Shown here in pieces: positions 18,655 to 29,430 of a stretch of 64,000 bases of DNA. How positions within the stretch are numbered: the stretch's first letter is position 1; each line of letters begins with the position of its first letter. The stretch is taken from positions 120,825 to 184,824 of the IMG/VR virus record IMGVR_UViG_3300008259_004660. One strand, 5' to 3'. The notes under the pieces were generated by a model, which saw only the letters and a list, made by a program, of their open reading frames with translations, was not told where the DNA came from and ran no database searches. Source of the DNA: a virus. The position numbers and the translations under genes are program-made.

Positions 18655-20754
18655 ATGGAACAGATCACAAGCACAGACACCAACTCAAATTCCTACTTTC
18701 TTTTATCAAATTTCAATGATATACTAAAAGCGGGAAAGAATGCGTTTGTAGTAAATCCTACGCAGTTTATTGTACCAAACACCGAGATAAAAGTGTTTGC
18801 GTATGATAGTAACAACAATCCACTACCTTGTGGTAAAGTAAAACCGACAGACGCGAGATTTGCCGAACAAACCAACACCGGCGATCTTTATTATGTACTC
18901 GTTTCATCAACAATACCATCTGGTGTTGGTAGAATAGAAATAGTTGGAACAGGAATCGATGCCATAGATTATGTTGGTAAAATTGCATATTTCAACAATC
19001 AGGCATATGCAGTATCAAACACTCAAAGATTGCCGTTGACTCAAGCGCCCAATTCTTCTCCATTCAAAAAAGTGACAGTAAATTGGACTAGAAACTTGTT
19101 GATAGATACAACAAAAGCCGCTGATTGTGAAGTTAGGTTTTTTGATTCACCTTATGTGGAAATAACTCCACAGATATATTCTGCTCCATTGTTTCCAACG
19201 GATTCATACAGACTTGCATCAGGTTCATTTTCGTCCATTGCAATTGTTCCAAAACACAATGCAAATGGTGATTATGATTACCAATTTGATACTCCAATTT
19301 ACCAACTATATTTGAATACAGGCACCAAGTTCAGTTCTTCGATGGAACATGAAGAAATAAGAATAAAGAGTCCAAGTGTTAAGAATTTCATTTATACCAA
19401 CCAAACAAATAACCAAGTTACATTTGAAGGTCAATTAAATACAGATTTCACGGCAACAATACGAAAAGTAATAAATGACACCACTCTATTATTGGATATA
19501 CCATTCTCTACAGTTTCGGATATTATTGAAAAATCAAACACCGATTCTGTTTACAACAAGAACAATTTGGTAAACATAAAAGGATATAATGCATCAGATG
19601 ATGCAAATAGACAAACTGTTTATCATAAGAAAAATTTCTACATTTTAAGCATGGATAGCGGTGAGTTTGAAATTTTTCATAAAAATGTTCCCACAGAATT
19701 GCCTCGCGCCGTAATTGTCGGATCTACAACTAATAAAAAATCATTACTTAGCATAGATTGTAGTAATCTAAGATTGTTGTGTGGAAATTTGTCATCATAC
19801 AAGATATATGGAAAAAGTTTAAATTCTCCGCAAAGTAAAACACTACTTTGTGATGGTAAAATAGAGCCTAGTAATTTGATATATTCAACCAATTTCGACA
19901 ATGGGTTGTATGGCAACCCGAACAAATTTTACAACGCAATCCATCTGTCAAAATATTGGATATCGTCCAGTCTTAATATCACGTTTGAACAATCTCATAC
20001 TACTTTGATAGATGGAGCAACCATCAGCCACAGCGATAATCTATCACAAACAGACTATGTTATCTTCAAAGATAATACCACATCTGGGAGAACTTCTGCT
20101 TATATAAGTTATTCACTTGGATCTAATTCATATTGGTATGCAAAATCTCCAGCGTTTGTTAATTTTTCTGTTTATCCAACCGCCTCATACTTGGGAATAA
20201 CAAATATATCAACACTATCTGCATACGAAACCTCTCAAGAAAATTTAATATCCGGCTCGATACACGACAGCAATCCAATAAAACTTCAAGCCAACACATT
20301 GTATGAATTTTCCACATATGTAAAATCGGCGGCATCAAATACTGAAAATTCAATTTTGTATGTGTATTTCATGAGTGGAACCGACAAAATTAAAATTGCA
20401 GAAATAGATAGTACTTTTAATTTTGGTGGTAATGAAAAATACAGATATACATTTTTCAGCGAAATTGAAAGGTATGGAACGATCATATTAGTTCCCGTTT
20501 CTGGAAATTGGACTGTTTCTGATTTGGGTATATATCCATATCAAAATTTAGATTACAGTCCAGATAGTTTTAATGTCAAAGTTCCTTTGGCTGTTTCGGT
20601 TGAAAATGAATTGTATGAAGTGGAAGTTGAGTTGTATGATGAATCATCAAGATTGGCTTATGGTAGAAATTCATATACATTCACATATAATAAAAAGTTT
20701 CTTCCACTAAAAAAACAAATATTTGTAGATCCAAGCGGCATAACTATAAATTGA
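18655..20754 (+). CDS. Hypothetical protein, probably virion structural (beta-rich)
   Basis: 699-aa ORF, Asn/Ser/Thr/Tyr-rich like the baseplate proteins; ATATTTATA upstream; no catalytic motif recognised. Confidence 0.55.
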   Translation: MEQITSTDTNSNSYFLLSNFNDILKAGKNAFVVNPTQFIVPNTEIKVFAYDSNNNPLPCGKVKPTDARFAEQTNTGDLYYVLVSSTIPSGVGRIEIVGTGIDAIDYVGKIAYFNNQAYAVSNTQRLPLTQAPNSSPFKKVTVNWTRNLLIDTTKAADCEVRFFDSPYVEITPQIYSAPLFPTDSYRLASGSFSSIAIVPKHNANGDYDYQFDTPIYQLYLNTGTKFSSSMEHEEIRIKSPSVKNFIYTNQTNNQVTFEGQLNTDFTATIRKVINDTTLLLDIPFSTVSDIIEKSNTDSVYNKNNLVNIKGYNASDDANRQTVYHKKNFYILSMDSGEFEIFHKNVPTELPRAVIVGSTTNKKSLLSIDCSNLRLLCGNLSSYKIYGKSLNSPQSKTLLCDGKIEPSNLIYSTNFDNGLYGNPNKFYNAIHLSKYWISSSLNITFEQSHTTLIDGATISHSDNLSQTDYVIFKDNTTSGRTSAYISYSLGSNSYWYAKSPAFVNFSVYPTASYLGITNISTLSAYETSQENLISGSIHDSNPIKLQANTLYEFSTYVKSAASNTENSILYVYFMSGTDKIKIAEIDSTFNFGGNEKYRYTFFSEIERYGTIILVPVSGNWTVSDLGIYPYQNLDYSPDSFNVKVPLAVSVENELYEVEVELYDESSRLAYGRNSYTFTYNKKFLPLKKQIFVDPSGITIN

Positions 20755-20770
20755 AGAAGATATTATTTAT

Positions 20771-20796
20771 TTGACAGATACACAAAATGTTATAAC
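20771..20796 (+). promoter_or_regulatory. Possible sigma70-like promoter for the glycosylation cluster
   Basis: TTGACA at 20771-20776 and extended -10 TGtTATAAC at 20788-20796; the 14-bp spacer is shorter than canonical. Confidence 0.45.
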
Positions 20797-20806
20797 ATAA
20801 TCCGAT

Positions 20807-22735
20807 ATGAAAATAGTTTATATTTCTCCACACCTTTCAACGGGCGGATGTCCACAGTTTCTATTGAAGAAAATTCAAATGTTACATATGGACCACGAGG
20901 TGCATTGTATCGAATATAATGATCATGGGTGTTTTACTGTTCAAAAGAATCAGATCAAAGAAATTCTTGGTGATAGACTTTACAGAGTAAATGATCGCAA
21001 GGAGGAATTGCTGGAAATTATTGATAGAGTTCAGCCAGATGTGGTTCATTTGGAAGAAATGCCAGAATATTTCATGGACAAGAGTATTGCGATGAAATTG
21101 TATAGCAAGGATCGAAAATATAAACTCATTGAAACATCCCATGACAGCAGCTTTGATCCAAAAAACAAAGGATTTTTTCCAGATAGATTTATATTCGTCA
21201 GTAAGTTTCAGGAAGAAACCATGAAAGTTTTGGGTATTCCAAGTGAAGTTTGTGAATATCCTATTGTTATTATTCCAAGAAAGCCGCGTGAAGAAGCACT
21301 GAAAGTATTGGGGCAAGATCCAAAGAAAAAACATGTAGTTCACGTTGGGTTATTTACTCCAAGAAAAAATCAGGCCGAGATCATTGATTATGCCAAGTCT
21401 CTGATCAATTATCCAATACAATTTCACTTTGTAGGAAATCAAGCTGAAAATTTCAGATTCTATTGGGAACCGTTGATGAAAAATTTTCCAAAGAATTGCA
21501 CTTGGTGGAATGAAAGAAAAGATGTTGGCAATTTTTACCAAATGGCAGATCTATTTCTATTTCCATCAAAGGATGGTATTGGAGACAAAGAGACAAGTCC
21601 ATTGGTGATACGAGAAGCAATATCATATAACATTCCCACACTTATATACAATTCTCCTGTTTATATGGGAATGTATGATAAGTTTGATGCTGTGGAATAT
21701 TTGGATCAAAATAGCAAAGATAACAACGCGAAGAAAATATTGGAAATGCTCAGTATTGATTTGAATGATATTGTTCCGATTGAAGCAGAAAAGGACGAAG
21801 ATATCAAGATTGATTATGATCGCGCAGACAATAAGATAAATGTCTCCAGTCGTATCCAAATTGAAAATGCCCTACTATCAATTAAAGAGTTGGATAGCAA
21901 GCAAGTATTATATGCAGCGCCATACAACCCATTACACAAAGATATCAAGTATTGGATTATTCCTGTGCCCAAGGGGTTCATGGATTTTGAAACAGATAAA
22001 TACTTTGGTGGTATATTGGTTGAATTGTACAGCAATGATAAGCTCATATACACCAAGGAATTCAGAATCAAGTATCCAGATGTACTAAAACCTTCTGTGG
22101 TGTTAAAGAACAACACATCGCCTTCATACAGCAATTATATGGAATTTTTTGTACACAAGATATATGATCGTTATCTTGCCAACAAGAAATTTGACACCGT
22201 GGTTGATGTTGGTGCCAATATCGGATTATGGTCCGAATATATCAGACGCTCGTCAACTTGCCAAAAGATATACGCGGTCGAGCCTAATATCCAAGCATTG
22301 GAGATATTGACCAACTCTTTTACAAACAATGAATTTATTATTGTGGACAAAGCTCTTACAGATAAAGATGGCGAGTTGGAATTCTTCGTAGACAACAACA
22401 ATTCCACAATTGGCGCAACAACAAAACAGGGAAGTCTTCAAAACTCATACAAAGTAAAAGCGGTGTCGTTCAAGACATTCCTAAAAGAGAATGACATCAA
22501 ACATATTGACTTGTTCAAAATGGATATTGAAGGTGGTGAATATTCATTCTTTGAAAGCATGCAGAGCGAAGATTTGAACAAGATTTCCAACCTTATGATT
22601 GAATTTCATCTTGGAAACGGAAGAACGATGGAAAAAGATGTCGCGATTCTTGAAGCACTTTTCAGAGGTGCTGGGTTCAAGAGCTTTATTTCAAAGGAAC
22701 ATGACTTGGGTGGATTTATCTTTGCAACCAAATGA
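20807..22735 (+). CDS. GT4-like glycosyltransferase fused to an FkbM-family methyltransferase
   Basis: HLSTGG N-terminus, FTPRKNQ, ADLFLFPS, E.SPLVIREA (GT-B); then VVDVGANIG, AVEPN, FKMDIEGGE (FkbM). Confidence 0.85.
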   Translation: MKIVYISPHLSTGGCPQFLLKKIQMLHMDHEVHCIEYNDHGCFTVQKNQIKEILGDRLYRVNDRKEELLEIIDRVQPDVVHLEEMPEYFMDKSIAMKLYSKDRKYKLIETSHDSSFDPKNKGFFPDRFIFVSKFQEETMKVLGIPSEVCEYPIVIIPRKPREEALKVLGQDPKKKHVVHVGLFTPRKNQAEIIDYAKSLINYPIQFHFVGNQAENFRFYWEPLMKNFPKNCTWWNERKDVGNFYQMADLFLFPSKDGIGDKETSPLVIREAISYNIPTLIYNSPVYMGMYDKFDAVEYLDQNSKDNNAKKILEMLSIDLNDIVPIEAEKDEDIKIDYDRADNKINVSSRIQIENALLSIKELDSKQVLYAAPYNPLHKDIKYWIIPVPKGFMDFETDKYFGGILVELYSNDKLIYTKEFRIKYPDVLKPSVVLKNNTSPSYSNYMEFFVHKIYDRYLANKKFDTVVDVGANIGLWSEYIRRSSTCQKIYAVEPNIQALEILTNSFTNNEFIIVDKALTDKDGELEFFVDNNNSTIGATTKQGSLQNSYKVKAVSFKTFLKENDIKHIDLFKMDIEGGEYSFFESMQSEDLNKISNLMIEFHLGNGRTMEKDVAILEALFRGAGFKSFISKEHDLGGFIFATK

Positions 22736-22738
22736 TGT

Positions 22739-23386
22739 ATGGAATGGTCTGAAATTACAACAACATACCTTTCTGGGCTTGTAGGTGGAATAGATGGTGT
22801 ATTTCACGCGGGTGCTCATGATGGTGAAGAAATAACCGAGTATGTCAAATGCGGCATAAATAACATTGTTTGGGTCGAAGCCAATTACAGAACACTCAAT
22901 AAGCTGATAAACACCACATCAAAGTATGGAAGAAACCAATTTTGGTATTCACATTGCCTATCCGATGTTGATGATCAGATCAATGTGTTCAACATATCCA
23001 ACAACGATGAAAGTTCTTCCATGCTTGATTTTGGAAAAGATCATAAAGAGCTTATGTCTCATATCGTATATGTTAGCAAACAATATATGCTTACCAAGCG
23101 AATTGACACATTAGTCAAAGAACAAAAAGATTTTGATTGGAACAGCATCAATTATTTGGTAACAGATTGCCAAGGATGTGATTTGAAGGTGTTGAAAGGA
23201 TGTGGAAATTTGCTTGCTTCTCCAAATTTGAAAATAATCAAAAGTGAAGTTGATGTGAAAGAAATGTATCGTGGTGGATCAACGGAAAAAGAAATTGGAA
23301 ATCACTTATCTCAGTTTGGTTTTGAGCTTAGATTTTGGTTCAATGCAAATGGTGGTTGGGGCGAACGTTATTGGTTCAGAAATTAA
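22739..23386 (+). CDS. FkbM-like SAM-dependent methyltransferase
   Basis: VFHAGAHDGEE, WVEAN, SSSML, DCQGCDLKVLKG, IKSEV. Confidence 0.8.
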   Translation: MEWSEITTTYLSGLVGGIDGVFHAGAHDGEEITEYVKCGINNIVWVEANYRTLNKLINTTSKYGRNQFWYSHCLSDVDDQINVFNISNNDESSSMLDFGKDHKELMSHIVYVSKQYMLTKRIDTLVKEQKDFDWNSINYLVTDCQGCDLKVLKGCGNLLASPNLKIIKSEVDVKEMYRGGSTEKEIGNHLSQFGFELRFWFNANGGWGERYWFRN

Positions 23387-23388
23387 TT

Positions 23389-24699
23389 ATGGACGAAAAT
23401 ACATTCATAGACATATGGAATGAGTGCTGTGAGTTCAATATTGAACAGAAGCCAGAGGAATATAGGCAGTTACTTGAACTGTTGGAATTAAAATGTAAAA
23501 AAGGAGCAGTGTTGGAAATAGGTTCCAACTATGGCGGAACTACGGTTGGATTTTGCAGAATGTTCAACAAAGTTATAACCATTGACATAAAACACGATCC
23601 AAACTTTGACAAGTTAAAATCCAAGTATTCTGGATATCAGTATGTGTTGGGAGACTCCAAGAGTAATGACATGTTGGAGTATATCAAGAGTCTTGGCATC
23701 AAGTTTGATTTTATCTTCATAGATGGCGATCATTCATATGAAGGCGTGAAAAACGATTATGAAAAATACAAGCAGTTTCTTGCTCATGATGGTTATATGG
23801 CATTTCATGACATTGTGTATAGCCAAGAAAACGAAGCAAATAATTGCAGAGTAGATAAGCTATGGAATGAATTTGATTCGTATGGTTTGGAAAAGTATAT
23901 GTTTATTTCGTCGGCAAAAACTCATTCTTATCGTACAGACCAACTATTCTACACATTTGTCAACAATCGACCATATTCATCATGGGGAGGAATTGGTGTA
24001 TTAAAGAACACTCCTGTAGCTGTGTTCTGTCACAATTATTTGGCAAATGGATGGATTGATATTGTGCAAAGTCAATTGAGCAAATTGATCAATTCTGGAT
24101 TGTATAAGAGAGCGGACAAAATTGTATATGGAGTATTGCCAACAGATGAAATGTCTTATTCTGCATTCTTGGCTATGATAAGACTTAGGGATGTTGACAA
24201 GAAAATTGAAATATATCGTTACAGCAAAAACATGTATGAATATCCTACGCTCATACATCTTCAGAATTATTGTGCCAATAATCCAAACGCGCATGTTTTG
24301 TATTATCATGCCAAAGGTACTTCACGCAAGTATGATACCAACATAGAATCTTGGCGCGAATGTCTTGAGTATTTCAATATAGAATTGTGGAGAAAGGCTG
24401 TGAATGATCTTAATATTGGCAACCATGATGTATGTGGAGCATTGTATGTTACTTGGTTTGCTTTCTTGGACAAAGTGTTTACAAACTATTATTCTGGTAA
24501 TTTTTGGTGGTCTAGTGCAAAATATATAAACACATTGCCAAACTTGTCCGCCAAAATGATTGAATCAAAAATGGATAGAGATGTGCCAGAAAGATGGATT
24601 GGGTATGGAGCACATAGATGGGCAAACTATTATAACGAAAATGTGTCATCTTGGTATGAACATTATTTCGATCCCAATATTTATAGACAGGTAAAATAA
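23389..24699 (+). CDS. Class I SAM methyltransferase (Methyltransf_24-like) fused to a putative glycosyltransferase-like domain (ATG 23389 preferred)
   Basis: LEIGSNYGGT, DFIFIDGDHSYEGV, FHDI; C-terminal YEYPTL, VLYYHAKG, YSGNFWW, ERWIG module seen in phage glycosylation loci. Confidence 0.75.
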   Translation: MDENTFIDIWNECCEFNIEQKPEEYRQLLELLELKCKKGAVLEIGSNYGGTTVGFCRMFNKVITIDIKHDPNFDKLKSKYSGYQYVLGDSKSNDMLEYIKSLGIKFDFIFIDGDHSYEGVKNDYEKYKQFLAHDGYMAFHDIVYSQENEANNCRVDKLWNEFDSYGLEKYMFISSAKTHSYRTDQLFYTFVNNRPYSSWGGIGVLKNTPVAVFCHNYLANGWIDIVQSQLSKLINSGLYKRADKIVYGVLPTDEMSYSAFLAMIRLRDVDKKIEIYRYSKNMYEYPTLIHLQNYCANNPNAHVLYYHAKGTSRKYDTNIESWRECLEYFNIELWRKAVNDLNIGNHDVCGALYVTWFAFLDKVFTNYYSGNFWWSSAKYINTLPNLSAKMIESKMDRDVPERWIGYGAHRWANYYNENVSSWYEHYFDPNIYRQVK

Positions 24700-24702
24700 G
24701 TT

Positions 24703-25500
24703 ATGTACAAAGGTAAAAAGGTTATACTCACAACCACAGCGTGCAGACGCCCACAATTGCTGTATATGGCAATCAAGAGTTTTGGAGTATTTTGTACAGA
24801 CAAAGATGTTATAGATGAAATTTATTACTTGGACGATTCATCATCTCAAGAAGATCGTAATTTTGCCATAGAAACATATACAAAGTTTATTGGCAAACCT
24901 GTTATATTCAGATTTGTTGAGCGCGAAACATTTCCAGACAATTATAGACATGCCAGAATGCTCAATATCTGGAGAGAATGTGTTATTGAATCGAAAGCCG
25001 ATTATGTGTTTCATCTTGAAGATGATCATCGCATGTATAACATGCTTACTATAGGCCAGCCTATTGATATCATGCAAAAATATCCAGAATATGCATACAT
25101 CGGATATTGTCACAGTTGGAAACATTTTCCAAAAGGCATGGAGCCAAAAAGAGTAATTGGGGATTTTTGGGAAACTGTATATTTTGATGATCGTCCAATA
25201 AATGATCACTTGTTTATGGATGACGCTATGGCTATGCAGACTGGTCCAGAATGGTGGATGTATTATATAAATTGGCCATATTTTTCATTGAGGCCGGGCG
25301 TGCATGATGCAAAAAAACTTTTATCGGTGGGAGAATTTTCAACGACATATGACCGCGAAAAAATGAGTGTAGAACTTGAATTCGCCATCCGTTGGAAAGA
25401 TATGGGTTATAAAAGCATGATGAGCAAGAATTTTACTTCACTTCATACTGGACAAAGTCCCGAACTTAGTGCATATAAGTTGAACGCATCTGCCAGATAA
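24703..25500 (+). CDS. GT-A fold (GT2-like) glycosyltransferase
   Basis: ILTTTACRRPQLL, YLDDSS, YVFHLEDD DxD-like motif, FSLRPG, HTG. Confidence 0.7.
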   Translation: MYKGKKVILTTTACRRPQLLYMAIKSFGVFCTDKDVIDEIYYLDDSSSQEDRNFAIETYTKFIGKPVIFRFVERETFPDNYRHARMLNIWRECVIESKADYVFHLEDDHRMYNMLTIGQPIDIMQKYPEYAYIGYCHSWKHFPKGMEPKRVIGDFWETVYFDDRPINDHLFMDDAMAMQTGPEWWMYYINWPYFSLRPGVHDAKKLLSVGEFSTTYDREKMSVELEFAIRWKDMGYKSMMSKNFTSLHTGQSPELSAYKLNASAR

Positions 25501-25502
25501 AC

Positions 25503-27275
25503 ATGAGCAAACCAATCAGACTAACTGTTATAATTCCTTGTTACAACTTTGAAAAGTATGTAACACAAGCTATCGATTCTGTGTTGAATCAGAATGTGAA
25601 CTTTGGTATTGAAGTATTGATTGTGGATGATAATTCTACTGATAATACTTTCAACATCATAAATCAAAAATATGGATCAAACAATTTGGTGAAGATACAT
25701 CAGTCTCCAAAAAATCAAGGAATAACAAAGAATCTCAAGGACATGATGGATAAGGCGCTGGGCCAGTATCTGTATACAATGGACGGCGATGATTTCATCA
25801 TTGATATGAATTATCTTCAACGTGCGGTTGATTTTTTGGATAATAATCCAAAATATTCATTGGTATGTTCTGGCTACAAACTTTTATACAACGATGGAAC
25901 GATGTATCCCACAGAGGACGATCCTGCCGTATGGTCTGCTCCACGTGAAGACATATATCTCAATGATTTGCTCTCGGTGAATTATATTTCATTTGGCAGA
26001 GTATTTCGTAATTACAAGAATATCATAAAGCCTTGGATGCACGATGAACTGCATGAAGATTGGACTATCAATGCGGAAATATTGAAGAACGGCCCAGCCA
26101 GATGTGACAAGAATTATACAGGAATTTACAGAATAACAAAAGCTGGTCGCATAACTTCCATGAGCGAAGGACAGGTACACGAGAAGAACAGAAAAACTAT
26201 TGCCGCCATAAAGAGCAATCTTACACTGAAAACAATATCAATTGTTGATTCATTTGTACACAATGAAAATGTTAAAGTTAAGCTTGAGAGATGCATTAAA
26301 TTTTTGAAAGAGGATGGGCATGAAATTTTGCTGGTGTCCAATACTCCTGTGGATAAGCATATTATACAAGATGTAAAATTTTTCATGTATGATAGCAGAA
26401 ATCAACTATTCAAGCAGGAATATGAGACAAAAAACACAGTTGATTTTTGGCGTGCATTGAATGGTAATTTGGAAGTACATGATATTGTTACCGCAGTGCA
26501 AAAGCACGGTCTCAGTGTTCTTATCAATCTATTCAATGCACTACATTATGCAAAACAACAGGGATATACACATTTTCAAAGATTTGAAGTCGATGATTTG
26601 TTTGGTGAAAAATCAAGATCTTGGATCAAGCGAGTTCCAACATATGTACTTGAAGAAGATAAACGAGGATTGATATATTACAATTATGAGAATTCTCCTT
26701 CTGATATTTCGTTTCACTATTTCTTCTGTGAGATAGATTATTTTCTAAAGAAGATAAGCCGCATAACTTGTGAGGAAGATTATGTGAAGTATCTGCATGA
26801 CTATTATGGTAACAAGGAATTCAAGATTGTAGAAGTATTCATGTATGATCAATTAAAGAAGAATGGCGACAAGGAAATATTACAGAAGACTGGAAGAGAA
26901 ATGAAGATTGATTTTTTCGACACGAAATGGAACACAGAAACTTCCGTAAGTAATTTTGAAACAACATTCTTTGGCTGCACCACCAAGGTGTATGAAGCTA
27001 GAAATTGGAATTCTGTGGCCAGAGAGTTCAATAAGAGGGACGATTATGTGTTGGTAACATATTCATACAATGATACACCTATAAAACGCATAATTGATGT
27101 TGAAAAACATGATGGTACCAGAGAAACAATCGAGCAGTCTGTACATGCAGCTGGTAGTTGGGTATGGCATGTTCTGTCGCCAAATTCAAAAGCAGTTTCA
27201 GTTTATCAAGACGGTAATCTATTATACAATCAACAAATAAAAAATCTTGAATCTTGGGCTGGATTCAGAAGCTAA
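25503..27275 (+). CDS. GT2 glycosyltransferase with a second C-terminal domain
   Basis: TVIIPCYNFEKY, IVDDNSTDNT, YTMDGDDF, EDW canonical GT2 motifs. Confidence 0.85.
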   Translation: MSKPIRLTVIIPCYNFEKYVTQAIDSVLNQNVNFGIEVLIVDDNSTDNTFNIINQKYGSNNLVKIHQSPKNQGITKNLKDMMDKALGQYLYTMDGDDFIIDMNYLQRAVDFLDNNPKYSLVCSGYKLLYNDGTMYPTEDDPAVWSAPREDIYLNDLLSVNYISFGRVFRNYKNIIKPWMHDELHEDWTINAEILKNGPARCDKNYTGIYRITKAGRITSMSEGQVHEKNRKTIAAIKSNLTLKTISIVDSFVHNENVKVKLERCIKFLKEDGHEILLVSNTPVDKHIIQDVKFFMYDSRNQLFKQEYETKNTVDFWRALNGNLEVHDIVTAVQKHGLSVLINLFNALHYAKQQGYTHFQRFEVDDLFGEKSRSWIKRVPTYVLEEDKRGLIYYNYENSPSDISFHYFFCEIDYFLKKISRITCEEDYVKYLHDYYGNKEFKIVEVFMYDQLKKNGDKEILQKTGREMKIDFFDTKWNTETSVSNFETTFFGCTTKVYEARNWNSVAREFNKRDDYVLVTYSYNDTPIKRIIDVEKHDGTRETIEQSVHAAGSWVWHVLSPNSKAVSVYQDGNLLYNQQIKNLESWAGFRS

Positions 27276-27279
27276 CAAT

Positions 27280-29403
27280 ATGAAAGTAATTAATGTAAAT
27301 CCGGGCATACTTCCCATTCCACCAAATGGATGGGGCGCAATCGAAAAAATCATATGGGATTATCATCTCCAACTGCAAAAAATTGGAGTACACAGTGAGA
27401 TAAAATACCTTAACGAAATCGAATATGACGATAGCACAATTGTACACGTACATGTGGCAAATTTGGCTAACATGTTTCACGAGAAAGGTGTACCTTATAT
27501 TTTTACTATCCATGACCATCATGCATATGTTTATGGAAAAGATTCTCCAGTATTCAAAGAAAACTTAAAAGCCATAGAAAACAGTGTATTTTCATTATCA
27601 CCATGCAAATATTTGCTTCCATATTTTGGTAGCAAAAAACTAAGATATTTTAGTCATGCTGTAAATACCGATGTTTTTACATTCAATAATCGTCATAGAC
27701 ACAATCCACTGAAATTGCTTTGTGTAGCTAATAATGGATATGCATATAACCAAAGTGTGGATAGAAAGGGATTTGGAATTGCAATACAAGCAGCAAAAGA
27801 ATTAGGTCTTCCAATCACAATTGCTGGGCCAAAAAATAATGACAACTTTTTCAAGACCCTTGACCCAGAACTAAACAACTATTCCAAGCTAACAAAACTG
27901 TATGATTTGGATGAAAAATGGTTGGTAAATTTGTACAACGAAAACGATCTGTTCCTTCATTTCTCTGAATTGGAAGCTGGACATCCGAATCTAACATTAT
28001 TGGAAGCAATGGCGTGTGGTCTTCCGGTTGTTGGAACTTTTGAGGAAAAAGAGTATGATGGCATGGTAGTTTCCGAAAGAAAATTTGAAAATGCCATAGA
28101 ATCAATTAAATATGCTGATCAAAATTATGATTTATTGAGAAATCATGCATTAAGCAATGCAAATAAAAATTCATACGCTAACAGAGTACATGGTTTGGTC
28201 AAACTATACAGTGAATATAGAGAGCGTATTTTCAGCAAGCAACTTGAAGTTGCATACAGTAACACCAAGATAACATATACTGAAGCGAAAAATAGAATCA
28301 AAGTAACATTTGATGACGGTGCAAAAGTTGATATATCTGGTGCAGTTCAGAAAAAATACAGAGTAAAATTCATAGATGGTCTTACCAACATGGTTGTATA
28401 TCAAACTGATATATACAACAACATGTGGGCCACTACAAATACCAAGTACTACAACAAGTGGTTGGTAGAAGTGTTTGATATCACCGACGGCATTGAAGTG
28501 TTGGAATATTCCGAGGCAATGGATCTAAAGAATCGCACAGTAAAAGTTGTATTCGACAGTGAAAGTTTGGGAGATATTCTTGCGTGGATCGGCGCCGTCG
28601 ATGAATTTCAAAATAAACATCAATGCAAGATGTATTGTGTGATATTCAACAAGTACTTGCGTGCTTTACTTGAAAAAAATTATTCAAACATAAAATTTTT
28701 GGCTGTTGATGTTTACGCCGAAGAATATTATGCAAAGTATAAGATAGGATGTTTTGATTCAAATGGATATCATCCATATATTCCAAAGGATCCGCGCACA
28801 TTGAATTTGTGTTCAATTGCAAATTGTATTTTAGGTTTAACAGATGTTGAACATAAACCAAAGCTGAATATTGACAGAAAGAAATACAGTAAAAATAAGA
28901 AATATGTATGTATTGCTGTGCAAAGTACATGTCAGGCAAAATACTGGAACAATAAGAATGGTTGGAACAATGTGGTCAAATATCTTAAATCTCAAGGATA
29001 TGAAGTATGGTGTATAGACAGATTCAACAGCTTTGGCACCAAAGATAATATGAATTATATACCAGACGGTTGCATTGATAAGACCGGAGACTTTCCGTTG
29101 GAAGAACGCATGGCTCAGTTGGCTGGTGCAAAATTTTTCATTGGACTAAGTTCTGGTCTTTCGTGGGTGGCGTGGGCGGTAGGTGTGCCAGTTGTAATGA
29201 TTAGTGGATTTACAAAGGCATATAATGAGTTCTATACGCCGCATCGTATCATAAATGAAAATGTATGCAATGGCTGTTGGAACGACGTTAATGTGAAGTT
29301 TGACCGCTCTGATTGGTTATGGTGTCCATATAACAAGAACTTTGAATGTTCTACTCAAATATCTGTGGATAGAGTGCTGTCTGAAGTTAAAAAGTTGATA
29401 TAA
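27280..29403 (+). CDS. GT4 glycosyltransferase fused to a TibC/AAH-family (BAHT) protein O-heptosyltransferase-like domain (ATG 27280 preferred)
   Basis: PIPPNGWGAIE and EAGHPNLTLLEAMACGLPVV (GT4); SLGDILAW, YVCIAVQSTCQAKYWN, FFIGLSSGLSWVAWAVGVPVVMISGF and CNGC...C...FEC four-Cys site match recalled TibC/AAH motifs. Confidence 0.85.
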   Translation: MKVINVNPGILPIPPNGWGAIEKIIWDYHLQLQKIGVHSEIKYLNEIEYDDSTIVHVHVANLANMFHEKGVPYIFTIHDHHAYVYGKDSPVFKENLKAIENSVFSLSPCKYLLPYFGSKKLRYFSHAVNTDVFTFNNRHRHNPLKLLCVANNGYAYNQSVDRKGFGIAIQAAKELGLPITIAGPKNNDNFFKTLDPELNNYSKLTKLYDLDEKWLVNLYNENDLFLHFSELEAGHPNLTLLEAMACGLPVVGTFEEKEYDGMVVSERKFENAIESIKYADQNYDLLRNHALSNANKNSYANRVHGLVKLYSEYRERIFSKQLEVAYSNTKITYTEAKNRIKVTFDDGAKVDISGAVQKKYRVKFIDGLTNMVVYQTDIYNNMWATTNTKYYNKWLVEVFDITDGIEVLEYSEAMDLKNRTVKVVFDSESLGDILAWIGAVDEFQNKHQCKMYCVIFNKYLRALLEKNYSNIKFLAVDVYAEEYYAKYKIGCFDSNGYHPYIPKDPRTLNLCSIANCILGLTDVEHKPKLNIDRKKYSKNKKYVCIAVQSTCQAKYWNNKNGWNNVVKYLKSQGYEVWCIDRFNSFGTKDNMNYIPDGCIDKTGDFPLEERMAQLAGAKFFIGLSSGLSWVAWAVGVPVVMISGFTKAYNEFYTPHRIINENVCNGCWNDVNVKFDRSDWLWCPYNKNFECSTQISVDRVLSEVKKLI

Positions 29404-29417
29404 AAACCCATTGATAT

Positions 29418-29426
29418 ATATTTATA
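29418..29426 (+). promoter_or_regulatory. ATATTTATA upstream element
   Basis: 4 nt before the ATG of the 1300-aa protein. Confidence 0.55.
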
Positions 29427-29430
29427 TCAT

